The translations under genes were made by a program, and so were the position numbers. Positions 26,684 to 39,854 of a DNA stretch of 64,000 bases are shown here, piece by piece; the first letter of the stretch is position 1, and each line of letters starts with the position of its first letter. Origin of the DNA: Eledone cirrhosa (lineage: Eukaryota); NCBI GenBank assembly GCA_964016885.1, contig OZ024756.1, positions 32,364,001-32,428,000 of the forward strand. Reading direction: 5' to 3'. Below the pieces are notes generated by a model, which saw only the letters and a list, made by a program, of their open reading frames with translations, was not told the DNA's origin and searched no databases.

Positions 26684-27379
26684 CTTTCATACATTCATTT
26701 CTCTAATATTTCTAGACTGATTTCAGAGTCGTTAAAATGTCGAATAGAAGACTTACGATAATGTTTTTACGATTCCTTTCACTCCTGCTTTCTGCGATCT
26801 CAGATTATAAATCTCACCGACGACAAATTTGCCTTTCATCTTTTCAAGATCGATAATAGAAATGAACCAATCCATTACCGGGTTCAATTCTTCCTCTATC
26901 TACCAATCTCTCTCTCTCTCTCTGTTGAAGAAATCGGCTTTCTTTCGATCTGGAATGGATATAGATTCCACCAGGTTTAAAGTTCCCTAAAACACGATTG
27001 TGGTCTAACGATTTCACCCGGTGTTACTTATCCATACATACATAGTCATCAATTTCAGGCTTCTGGATCAAACCAGGGATTTTATCTTTGCGAAAAGCAC
27101 TTATTAACTTACACCCTCTCCAACCCCTACCTTCCACACTTAATACTTGCTTTCCTTAAAATAAAAAAAATGTAGGGTGTACAGTTTGAGTACGTTTCAT
27201 TTGCCATATCTAGCGAACATGTGGTGTTTTCATCCTAAGTTTCTTTGCTGATGTTTGTCATAAATTTTCCCAATGCAATATTAACATTTTTAAATATATA
27301 TATTTATCTCCGCTTCGTAGGCCTGAGTTTCTCAGTATCAAATTATTAAGGAATAATTTGTAATATATATATATATATA

Positions 27380-27435
<56 letters not shown>

Positions 27436-27483
27436 TATATATATATATATATATATATAATTATATATATATATATATATATA

Positions 27484-27535
<52 letters not shown>

Positions 27536-27553
27536 TATATATATATATATATA

Positions 27554-27627
<74 letters not shown>

Positions 27628-27643
27628 TATATATATATATATA

Positions 27644-27753
<110 letters not shown>

Positions 27754-27838
27754 TATATATATATAATGTAGAAGAACATCTTTTTTTTATTTTTATATAT
27801 ATATGTATATATATATTATTTTATATATATATATAAAT

Positions 27839-27907
<69 letters not shown>

Positions 27908-27954
27908 TACGTTATTCCGGGTTGAGTCGGAGGTAACCACATTGCAGAGTATAA

Positions 27955-28090
27955 AAGTTTTAATATAGATGAGATTCTACAGGACTAGAACTGTTTCATT
28001 CTTTAGAAATCATCACGAATCTCAGAGATTCCTGGTGATTTCTAAAGAATGAAACAGTTCTAGTCCTGTAGAATCTCATCTATATTAAAA

Positions 28091-28093
<3 letters not shown>
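27955..28093. repeat. Palindrome made of two back-to-back hammerhead ribozyme copies
   Basis: Plus arm 28025-28077: GAGATTC-CTGGTGA-TTTC-TAAA-GAAT-GAAA-CAG-TTCTAGTC-CTG-TA-GAATCTC. Minus arm 27971-28023 is the same but with core GTGATGA. Confidence 0.9.
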
Positions 28094-28165
<72 letters not shown>

Positions 28166-28551
28166 GAAATAAATAAAAAAAGATGTTCTATTATTTTTTC
28201 TTGTCCCCTGATTCTCTCGTATCCGAATTTTGGTTTGTCTCCAAATACCAAACACAAGCAGAAAAATGAAAATAACAAAAACGTATTGCATTGATTTATA
28301 TTTTTTTTTCATAATTTAATACCATTCATTTTTTGGTATAAATTTTACTCGGAGATATTCATAACATTTCTATACATATGATTTTGTAGTTGTTATAATA
28401 TTTCTGGTTTTTCTTTCCAAATGTATTAGCAAGAAAACAAAGTGTGAAGGAAGAGAATAAGAGAGTTTACCTAAAAATTATGTCTATAGAAAGAATAATA
28501 TACATGTGTATCAACAACAACAACGACGACGACGACGACAACACGACGACG

Positions 28552-28582
<31 letters not shown>

Positions 28583-28988
28583 CGACGACGACGACGACGA
28601 CGACGACAACAATGATGGGAAATACAATTACAGCGAGAAAAACAAACGACAAAGACGGGAGTCCAGAATAACATCAACAACGATTATGAAAATATTAAGC
28701 AAATAGGAAGACCAACAACAACGACAGAGAAAACAATACGAACAACATTAAGAAGAAGGACATCAACAACACCACCAACAACAACGATGACGACAGCAAT
28801 GCTAATAATAAAATAGACATAAAATCTCATAATATCTTAATGTTGCTATGTAATAGTTATAAACACGATAATGTGTGTATCATACATAAAACATGAATAC
28901 TAAAAACAGATTAGAGTGTATACAATAATTACGTAAGAAATACAGACCATGATATATATATATATTTATATATATATATATATATATA

Positions 28989-29685
28989 ACAAAGAGGGTG
29001 TAGTAAGATACCAGGTGGACCATAATGTGCTAGAGTACTCAATACTTATGGTAGCAGAGTGGGTAATAGGAAAAGAATCAAGACTCCGACGGCCGAACTC
29101 TAGCCGTTTCGATTGCTAGATCTGGTGGCTTAGTTCGGAGTTAACTGTAGAAAACGGCCAGAGCTCGGCCGTCGGGGTCCTGATTATTTACCATACTGAA
29201 GACTACGTATGGATTTGAATGTGAAGTTACTGTAGGTTTACGAAACTGAACACTCAATACGTAGTCTCCAGTATGGAAAAGAATCAGGACCCCGACGGCC
29301 GAGCTCTGGCCGTTTCGACAGTTAGCTCCGAACTAAGCCACCAGTGGTGGATTAGTTCTGATCTAGATATCAAACGGCTGGAGCTCGACCATCGAGGTCT
29401 TGACTCTTTTCCTGTTACCCACTCTGCTACCCTAATTATTGAGTAATCTGGCACGTTATGGTCCACCATTATATATATATATATATATATGAACAGATTC
29501 AGGAGCACGACGGCTGAGTTCCGGTTCGGATCTAAGAACCAGATTAGGATCTAGCTGTCGAAACGGCCGGAGCTCAGTCGTCGGGGTCCTGAATCTTTTC
29601 ATATTACCCACTCTAATACCCCATGTATCGAGTATTCTGGTGCGTTATGTTCCACCTGGTATCTTACCACACCCTCTTTGTTATA
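28989..29685. mobile_element. Nested inverted copies of a hammerhead-tailed, (TA)n-inserted element family
   Basis: Five copies, in alternating orientation, of GTCGAAACGGC-x-GAGCTC-x-GCCGTCGGGGTC, three with the tail TTACCCACTCT...ATGGTCCACC. 29013-29467 is one large fold-back. Confidence 0.8.
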
Positions 29686-29871
29686 TATATATATATATAT
29701 ATGTATATATGTAGATAAATCTACCACAATATACGGTAGTGGCCAATCCGTATGAAGAACTCAATGTAATCCAAATATCATGAAAAGAGAAGATGCATAC
29801 AAAAATGTTCGATGAAAATCATAGGAAAACAGAGTCAAGATAAATTAATAAAATGATCTCATTGTTTTTAT

Positions 29872-29902
<31 letters not shown>

Positions 29903-29913
29903 AATGTAAGTAT

Positions 29914-29956
29914 ACGGTGCTGATGATAGCTAACAAGCTTGAAACTAGTACATCGT
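29914..29956 (+). ncRNA. Minimal type I hammerhead ribozyme
   Basis: ACGGTG-CTGATGA-T-AGCT-AACA-AGCT-T-GAAA-CTAG-TA-CATCGT. Confidence 0.9.
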
Positions 29957-30107
29957 TCCTGTGTCAGTGTTGAACAAAAAGGTGACGTGGTTGCCTTAAC
30001 ACCGTACGGCATAAATTCAGGCTGTTCAGTTTGTTTACAAACGAACAAAGCGGGCGTTATAATAAGCGTACGCTAAACTGATACGTACATATATGTATGT
30101 GTACCTG

Positions 30108-30156
<49 letters not shown>

Positions 30157-30285
30157 GAAAAAAAAAAATGAAAACGAAATTTCATTTCTCACTCTTAGTA
30201 TGGCACTTACTTAAATGTAAGTATGTATGTATACGTACATACATATATGTATACATGCTCCGTTCAACTATCTGGCAGATGGGTA

Positions 30286-30330
30286 AACGGTGCTGATGAT
30301 AGCTAACAAGCTTGAAACTAGTACATCGTT
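30286..30330 (+). ncRNA. Minimal type I hammerhead ribozyme
   Basis: AACGGTG-CTGATGA-T-AGCT-AACA-AGCT-T-GAAA-CTAG-TA-CATCGTT. 7-bp helix I, palindromic CTAG at helix III. Confidence 0.92.
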
Positions 30331-30492
30331 CCTGTGTCAGTGTTGAACAAAAAGGTGACGTGGTTGCCTTAACACCGTATGGCATAAATTCAGGCTGTTC
30401 GCTTTGTTGACAAACAAACGAACAAAGCGGCCGGCGTTATAATAAACGTAGGCTAAACTGATGCGTGCATATATGTATGTGTACCTGTATGC

Positions 30493-30550
<58 letters not shown>

Positions 30551-30805
30551 ATATATATATATATGTGCATGCTACTGTACGTCTGTATACATATATGTAT
30601 GTACGTATACATACATACTTACATTTAAGTAAGTGCCATACTAAGAGTGAGAAATGAAATTTCGTTTTCATTTTTTTTTCAACTAATCGTTTTCGGTATG
30701 CCTGACCGATTTAACTCACTCAATATGCAAATTAGGCTGCTCAGCCGTTAATTTTCATAAGGAAAGTATATACTTTCGAACGTTCAACTATCTGGCAGAT
30801 GGGTA

Positions 30806-30850
30806 AACGGTGCTGATGATAGCTAACAAGCTTGAAACTAGTACATCGTT
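30806..30850 (+). ncRNA. Minimal type I hammerhead ribozyme
   Basis: Identical to 30286-30330, offset by 520 bp. Confidence 0.92.
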
Positions 30851-31012
30851 CCTGTGTCAGTGTTGAACAAAAAGGTGACGTGGTTGCCTTAACACCGTAT
30901 GGCATAAATTCAGGCTGTTCGCTTTGTTGACAAACAAACGAACAAAGCGGCCGGCGTTATAATAAACGTAGGCTAAACTGATGCGTGCATATATGTATGT
31001 GTACCTGTATGC

Positions 31013-31060
<48 letters not shown>

Positions 31061-31318
31061 ATATATATATATATGTGCATGCTACTGTACGTCTGTATAC
31101 ATATATGTATGTACGTATACATACATACTTACATTTAAGTAAGTGCCATACTAAGAGTGAGAAATGAAATTTCGTTTTCATTTTTTTTTTTTCAACTAAT
31201 CGTTTTCGGTATGCCTGACCGATTTAACTCACTCAATATGCAAATTAGGCTGCTCAGCCGTTAATTTTCATAAGGAAAGTATATACTTTCGAACGTTCAA
31301 CTATCTGGCAGATGGGTA

Positions 31319-31363
31319 AACGGTGCTGATGATAGCTAACAAGCTTGAAACTAGTACATCGTT
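31319..31363 (+). ncRNA. Minimal type I hammerhead ribozyme
   Basis: Identical to 30806-30850, offset by 513 bp. Confidence 0.92.
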
Positions 31364-31525
31364 CCTGTGTCAGTGTTGAACAAAAAGGTGACGTGGTTGC
31401 CTTAACACCGTATGGCATAAATTCAGGCTGTTCGCTTTGTTGACAAACAAACGAACAAAGCGGCCGGCGTTATAATAAACGTAGGCTAAACTGATGCGTG
31501 CATATATGTATGTGTACCTGTATGC

Positions 31526-31581
<56 letters not shown>

Positions 31582-31666
31582 ATATATATATATATGTGCA
31601 TGCTACTGTACGTCTGTATACATATATGTATGTACGTATACATACATACTTACATATATATATATA

Positions 31667-31697
<31 letters not shown>

Positions 31698-31812
31698 GCA
31701 TGCTACTGTACGTCTGTATACATATATGTATGTACGTATACATACATACTTACATTTAAGTAAGTGCCGTACTAAGAGTGAGAAATGAAATTTCGTTTTC
31801 ATTTTATTACAA

Positions 31813-31851
<39 letters not shown>

Positions 31852-31898
31852 ACAATAAATGTGAATACTGAAATACGAAGAAGGCTCGATAAGGTTTA

Positions 31899-31933
<35 letters not shown>

Positions 31934-32271
31934 TCTGAATAATATTATTTATCTATGAGTGAAAACAAAATCTGTTGAGACAAGAGGCATTGGGAAATTC
32001 AGAATTTTAAAATAGAGGCGACAGTACGGTAATAGTTGAAGTGATCGAGTAACGTATCCTCGTAGACGGAAATAATGTGGACAGAGGTGCAGAGTTAGTA
32101 TGCCGGACGAAGTATAGTAATTGTTAAATTATTATTATAGTTATCTACAATGTGGCGACTACATTTTGAAATTGTTTTCTATAGATAAAATCTAGCTATC
32201 AATGCTGTATGATTGCCTATCTATCTTTTTTTTGTATGTGTGTTTGTGTGTGTGTGTATATATATATATAT

Positions 32272-32389
<118 letters not shown>

Positions 32390-32857
32390 TTATATACATA
32401 TATACATATAACCAGAATTTCGTTATGTTATTTTTCTTAAAGCCCAAACTAATATACATATGTATGTAAGTATTTATATATTTGTGTGTGTGTGTATGTG
32501 TGTGTGTGTGTGTGCAAACATATTATATGTGCGTTTATATACCGGCGTTTCTGTTTCTATATGTGTGTTAGTATGAGTGTAATATGCAAACCGAAGGAGA
32601 AAGTGTAAACACACAGAAGCAAGAAAAACAGTGAAAAAATTATTTAGACACGAGTGGGAAATGTTTTGTTCACCACCACCACCACTACTACTACAACCAC
32701 TATTACTACTACTATTACCACTACCACTACTACTACTACGACGACTACTATTATTATTATTTGTTCTACAATCGACTGCAATTATTATTTGTTTATTGTA
32801 CACCTGACCTTGTAATGCCCATTTGGAAAATAAAAAAAAATCACCATTAATATCATC

Positions 32858-33240
32858 TGGATTGGCAGTATCGGTAGAGGGTCGTACGCCAAGCTTTGCA
32901 GCGTAGAGTTATGGCCCTTTATGATCTGAGTTCAAATCGCGCTGAGGTTAAACTTTGCCTTTCATCCTTACGGGGTCGATAAAATAGAGTACCAGTAATA
33001 CACTGGATTAATTGCTGGCCTTGTGCCTAAAGTAGAAACAATTATTATTAGTGGATTACCCGAGCCGGTAAAGCCTCGGGCAACATGCTTAGTGGCACAG
33101 AGGTACGACCCTTTACGTTCTGAGTTCAAATTCCGCCGAGTTTTAGCTTTGCATTTCATCTTTACGAGGTCGGTAATATAAAGTACCAGTCACGCACTGG
33201 GTCGATTTTGTCGACTTTCTCCTTCCCTTGAAATTGCAAT
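32858..33240 (+). mobile_element. Two head-to-tail SINE family 2 copies
   Basis: Heads at ~32858 and ~33050, each with box B and the central motif. Confidence 0.8.
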
Positions 33241-33838
33241 TTCAGTTTCGAAGATGAGTGTTCGAGATCGATCAACGTAAGAGCCTGCACGTGAAATTAA
33301 CGTGAAGTATTCTAGAGCCATGTAGTATCAATCACGTGATAGTATGCCACGTGATACTATGGAACACTATATGATACGATATTTGAGAAATGAGGCCTTT
33401 TAAATTACAGGTTTAGCCCATGGAATCGGCTTCCAAAATAGTTTTTTATTAACCAATATTAAATCACAAGTCACGAGTTGACCCTGGCTATGATATATGA
33501 CATTTGGCCAAAATACAATGCACTGAAATAAAACCGAGGCGGGGGAGGCGCTAAGTGAGCTTTGTAAAGATTGAGCCGAGCTGCATCAACACTTCCAGCA
33601 TCGTACAATAAAAAAAACTTCTTAACACAATTTTTAAAGTTTATGAAGTGATTGCTTTTATTTATTCTGTCCGAACATTCTATCTGTGTAACATTCAAAC
33701 TAACTTTTATAGTGTTTACTTTGATGTCCTGCCAATTTCTCGCCCTAACTCTTTGTGACTTACAAATGAACTAATGTATATGCGTATATATAAGTATGTA
33801 TTGATGCTTGAATGTATGTAAATGTGCACTCACACACA

Positions 33839-33878
<40 letters not shown>

Positions 33879-33931
33879 TGTGTGTGTGAGTACAGATTTA
33901 CATACATATATATTATATATATGGGTATATA

Positions 33932-34004
<73 letters not shown>

Positions 34005-34247
34005 GAATGATTATGTATGAGTCTGTCTGTATATAATGTTTGATGTTAAATCGGACAATACTTTACAAAGGACGCATTGCCTTTATTGTAAAGAGAATAA
34101 TTTGCTTCACATCTATTTAAGGGATAATAGTTTATCTATTTAACTTGTCTTTCAACTATTCTTTTAACAGTTATTATTTTAAAGATAGTAATATTTGTTA
34201 GGTAAGATTAATCGGTCTTTACTGGCAGTATCGTTATTGTATGGGTA

Positions 34248-34850
34248 AAGGCGGTGGACTGGCAGTATCGGTAGAACGTCGGACAATATATTTTGCGAAA
34301 TATAGTTACGGCCCTTTACGTTCAGAGTTCACATACCGCCGAGATTAACTTTGCCTTTCATCCTTGCGGGGTCGATAAAATAAAGCACCAGTAATGCACT
34401 GGGGTCGATTAAATCGACCCCCCTCCACCCTCCTAAAAAGAACTGCTGGCCATGTGCCTATCGTAAAAATCATTATCATCATTATTATTGTTGTAAGGAC
34501 GGTGGACTTTCAGTATCTGTAGAGGGTCACACGCCATTCTTTGAAGCATAAAGTTACGGCCCTTTATGATCTAAGGTCAAATCCCGCCGAGGTTAACTTT
34601 GCCTTTCATCCTAAAATAAAGTACCTGTCACGCACTGGGGTCGATTTAATCGACTTTCCCCTCCCCCAAAAGTGCTGGCCATTATTATTATTAGTGTAGT
34701 GCAGGGAAGTGGAATGCGCTATAGTATTCATTCTAATACTCTGCACTTTAAGTTCAAATCCTGTCAAGATCAACTCTCTCATTCACCCTTCCAGGTTTGA
34801 TAAAATACAGTACCAGTAACACATTGGTGTCGATATAATCGACTTATTTT
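34248..34850 (+). mobile_element. Three consecutive SINE family 2 copies
   Basis: Heads at ~34248, ~34498 and a degenerate one at ~34705. Confidence 0.75.
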
Positions 34851-35716
34851 TAAATTTGGTGATTTACCTGATTTACTACTGGAGAAATTTCACATTAATC
34901 TAACAAGTAGGAATTACAGTTGATAGACCTACTGAACATACATTGTCGAAACCAACAATCTCTTTTCTCTCCCTCTCGTTTCTAGGGTATTTTAAAATTA
35001 GGTGGTGCTCATCTCCTCCCTAGGCAGATTTCTTCCAGAAAAGGTTAGAAAGTGGGAATGAGATATAGAGGAAGAATTGACCCAAGCACTAAACTGGTCC
35101 TTTTTTATCGACCTTAAATGGATTAATGGCAAAGTTGACTTCAGCGAGATTTGAACTCAGGGGGTAGAGAATGGGAGCGAATAACGCAAAGCATCATATC
35201 TGTAGTACTAGTGACTGCAAATTCACAATCTGCGATCAACATCAGTTTCGTCAAAACTGAAAAACGAAGAAAAGTTGATTTATATATGTAGTAAATTTGA
35301 AAATAGAGTTGTCAAGTTCTATTTAGTCGACGACAAGAACATAATTCATAAAACGGATATATCGTTCAACATCTGTTACAGAGAAAGCTGCATTTTATTT
35401 TCATTTTAGACTTAAAGTTTCTAATGTAAAATATGATTTGAAGTATTATAGAAATGACGAGTAATAGATATTAAACATTGTACTGAGATATATTCCCAAC
35501 TAGAAACGACTGTTGAAATTATATTTAGATATATAGTCTATATGTGTCATGCCGAATGTTTATTATACATAAAACTTGTCTAAAGCAAAAAATAAGTACA
35601 CTTGTTTTACTATAAATTAAACATGAACTTCTGGACTGTGTTTGTTTGCTACACATATTTCATTATTTAGGTAAACATAACATTATGGTTATCTATAAAA
35701 CATTATTTGTTAAATA

Positions 35717-35902
35717 GGGCGGTGAATTGACAGTATCAATAGAGAGTAGGACGCCATGCCTTCTAGCATAGTTACGTCCCTTTACGGTTTAAGTTCAAAT
35801 CCCGTCGAGGTTAACTTTGCCTTTCATCCTTACGGGGTCGATAAAATAAAGTACCAGTAATGTACTGAGAAATTGTTGGCCTTGTGCCAAAATTAGAAAC
35901 AC
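35717..35902 (+). mobile_element. SINE family 2 copy
   Basis: GGCGGTGAATTGACAGTATC...GTTCAAATCCCGTCGAGGTTAACTTTGCCTTTCATCC. Confidence 0.85.
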
Positions 35903-36048
35903 TTGTTTGTTAAATGTCGAGCATATTTTCTTGCAGGTTTTGTAAATTCTAACACAAACACGTATATGCATGTGTGTATGTGTATACATGTATCTATAAA
36001 TATATGCGAAAGATTATACTGTATTATATATATATACACACACACACG

Positions 36049-36114
<66 letters not shown>

Positions 36115-36157
36115 TAAATATACACATATATATAAATATATATATATATATAAATAT

Positions 36158-36236
<79 letters not shown>

Positions 36237-36306
36237 TATAAATATAAAAATGAATATATATATGCGAAAGTGTATATTGTACTATATTACTATATGTATG
36301 TATGTA

Positions 36307-36345
<39 letters not shown>

Positions 36346-36566
36346 CGAAGGAAAAGTGGTAAGGAACCAGGTGGACCATAACGCACCAAATATACAGAAT
36401 TAGCCGTCGAAACGGCTTGAGCTCAGCCGTCGGGGTCTTACTTACTCCTATATATATATATATATATATAGGTGTGCCAGCCAAAATGTATACACATATT
36501 TTATTGTAATTCTATTAAAGTGTGTATACATGTTTTGGAGGAGTGGGTCACCCTATATATATATAT

Positions 36567-36945
36567 AACGAAGGAAATGTGGTGAGGAACCAGGTGGACC
36601 ATAACGTACCAAAGTACTCAATACTTAGGGTAGTAGAGTGGGTAATAGGAACGAGTAGAACCCCGACGGCTGAGCTCAAGCCGTTTCGACGGCTAATTCT
36701 GGACTAAATGAAAATGTTTATCCTGGTATATGAATAGCCGAGCTTCTCAGGGGGTAATTCCATATATGGTAAAAGTGATTGTCACAAGGATTGGTCAAAA
36801 GTTTGTTGTTGAGACATAATAATTCTATCATGGCAATTTGTGGAGGGAAGGGGTAGCTGAACCTGCAGGATAAACATTTTCATTTAGTCCAGAATTAGCC
36901 GTCGAAACGGCTTGAGCTCAGCCGTCGGGGTCCTACTCGTTCCTA
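36567..36945. mobile_element. Hammerhead-tailed element (minus) with an inverted truncated copy (plus)
   Basis: 36567-36760 lies on the minus strand. 36866-36945 is the reverse complement of ~36645-36725. Both sides are flanked by (TA)n. Further fragments at 36345-36448. Confidence 0.8.
36657..36760 (-). ncRNA. Near-complete hammerhead motif of the GAGCTC-loop family
   Basis: Reverse complement: CCCC-CTGAGAA-GCT-CGGCTA...TAGCCG-TC-GAAA-CGGCT-TGAGCTC-AGCCG-TC-GGGG. The core deviates from CTGANGA. Confidence 0.6.
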
Positions 36946-37311
36946 TATATATATATATATATATATATACGTGTGTATGTGTGTGTGTGTGTGTGTGTGT
37001 GTATAAGTCCTTTCCAGTTCTTATGTCTGCCCACATTACTGAAATGGTAAATGGGAAATAGTGTAGACCAGAAAAGATGAAATATATATATATATAAGAT
37101 TACCAATTGACTGCTTATGGATCCAAAGCAACTCCCGCGAGTCAGTGAAGTCATACCGTCTGCCATTGTTTCAACCACATGTGAGTGTCAGCGACGCCTG
37201 ACAATGATTAAGCGTGATAGACATAGCTTTATATCTATGTTGAAATCTAGCTGTCAGGTTATTTAAAGTCTCATATGGGAAGTGGTGAAAGGAAAGGCCT
37301 ATATATATAAA

Positions 37312-37384
<73 letters not shown>

Positions 37385-37395
37385 ACCCACATTAA

Positions 37396-37455
<60 letters not shown>

Positions 37456-37527
37456 TGTATATACATATATATATATATAGACCCATATGTATATATATAT
37501 ATATATGCATAAATCTAAGTGTATGTT

Positions 37528-37564
<37 letters not shown>

Positions 37565-37592
37565 ATATACATTTATATACAGATATATATAC

Positions 37593-37679
<87 letters not shown>

Positions 37680-37795
37680 CATACATATGTATATATTCAA
37701 ATGTTATATACATACACACATATATAACCATTAAAGAGGTGCTTTCTGCAACCCCTCAATCCTGCCGGGACCCACTGCCCTCTTTTCTCTACCTG

Positions 37796-37865
<70 letters not shown>

Positions 37866-37967
37866 ATAATAATAAATTTGAAGACTAAAATCCAAAGAGG
37901 TCACGATAAGGATTAATATATATGAAATATATAAGATCCGTAGAGCAAAAATTTATTAAAATAACAG

Positions 37968-38021
<54 letters not shown>

Positions 38022-38026
38022 TATAT

Positions 38027-38116
<90 letters not shown>

Positions 38117-38125
38117 CAGGTAGAG

Positions 38126-38156
<31 letters not shown>

Positions 38157-39189
38157 CGGTATACATATATAGGATACATATGCACATATACAAATGTACA
38201 CACACACACACTCCCATATATAGATGGTTGCACATTTTTTTTTCAACGCTCTTACAATTTAGATATGTTTCTAATGTCGGCACAAGACCAAGGATACTTT
38301 GGGGAGAAGTAACGCTAATCGATTTTAGTATTTTGTTTTATTGACACCAATAAGGAAGGTAAATGGCAAAGTTGAATCGTTAACTTCACACACGTAGTGT
38401 TGTAACTAAATGCGGCAAAGCACTTCGTCCTGTGCCCTAGAAATTCTGCAAGCGTAGTGCTGTAATGCGGTAAAGCATTTCGTCCTGTGCCTTAGAAATT
38501 CTGCTAATTCCACCCTCTAGTAATGATTTCTGATTTAGGCACACGACTAGCAATTTTGAAGGGTGGGGTGAGGTGTGTGGGTCGAGGAAATCGTCTCCAG
38601 TGTGTTACGGGTATATTATAGCAGTGACTCTGTAATGGCGAATGCAAAGTTATATTCGAAAGAATTTGAACTCAGAACGTAAACGGTCGTATCTCTATGC
38701 TGCGAACCGTTGTCTGAAGGCTCTACTGATACTTCCAAACCATCGCCCTCATACACCCACTAATAACAACTGCTAAATCTACCTCCAGCTCTGTCCTTTT
38801 CCATAATGAAGGCAGGTTATATTTTTATAGAGTATGGTCACTACTATTGGTATGACATAAAGAACAAAGAAGGCAGTAGCTCAAGGAATGGTTTAGAGAA
38901 TAGAGAAAGCAGCTCAGTTTTGGTTATTGAGCAGGAGTGAGGAGGAAATCTGAAAGTCAGTAGGGTAACGCAGATCAAGTTTGATAAGATTCATGTCCAA
39001 AATACCGACTGGACGTTGCATACCATCTCATGACAACAACTCTTGTGTTGATTATGGTGATGGTAATGGTGGTGGTAGTGATGGTAGAGTTGCAGGATGG
39101 GTGTTGTTGGTCTTGTTGGTGGTAGTAGGTGGTAGTCACAATGTTCGACAGAAGTATGAAAATACACACTTGACAGGTGCAATGTGTCC

Positions 39190-39370
39190 GAACACGGAAG
39201 AGTCGAACTCCCACCGTCATCGCCCCCATCTCTCTCGCCCTCCCCATCTCTCTGTATGGTGATAAAAAGGGGTCCCACGTGCTGGCCACCTCACAGCCCC
39301 GGCGGACAGAATGGAGAATGTGTTTCCCCGGATGATGGTGAGGAAGGTACGTGGCAAGAACCATGGAAAT
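39190..39370 (-). pseudogene. CRE-like retrotransposon C-terminal remnant (second copy)
   Basis: Minus strand reads FLPRTFLTIIRGNTFSILSAG. Nucleotide similarity to 6280-6410. Confidence 0.55.
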
Positions 39371-39854
39371 ATTTACCTAAGATGAATTAATGTGAGGCTG
39401 CCTCTTTGCGAAGTATTTATCCGCAAAGAATAAAGAATGGAAAGGCTAGGCGCCGATCATCAATTCGAACCAAGGAAACAATATTTCAATTGGTTTTCAA
39501 TCTGCTTATACTGTCTGTTGGTTGCAATTCCTGGCAGACAACATTAAGATAAAAATCTTCTCCACCCACTCAATACTAAAAAAAAAAAAAAAAAAATTTT
39601 AAATATAATCAGATAATAAAAAAAAAGCTAGGATGGTCTCAGCTGGAATGTCTTTGATCATAGTTCTGCTTGATCAGCATTGACCTAACACTGCACGATA
39701 GCAGCAATAACTACTACTACTACTACTTACCTACTACTACTAAACCTAATACGACTACTACTAAAGCCACTACTACTACTACTACTACTACTGTTGATGA
39801 TGATGATGATGATGATGATACTTAGGCATCATGATGATGATACTTAGGCGTGTA

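Larger units (their letters stand above)
30261..31815 (+). repeat. Tandem array of ~515-bp units, each with one hammerhead ribozyme and an internal (TA)n tract
   Basis: CGTTCAACTATCTGGCAGATGGG recurs at 30261, 30781 and 31294. The array is preceded by an inverted copy of the unit 3' end (30152-30255) and a diverged partial unit (29914-30115). Confidence 0.95.

Noticed and set aside
29191-29276. CTGAAGA...GAAA as a hammerhead
   Set aside because: No helix I or III. The motif is part of the inner arms of the large fold-back.
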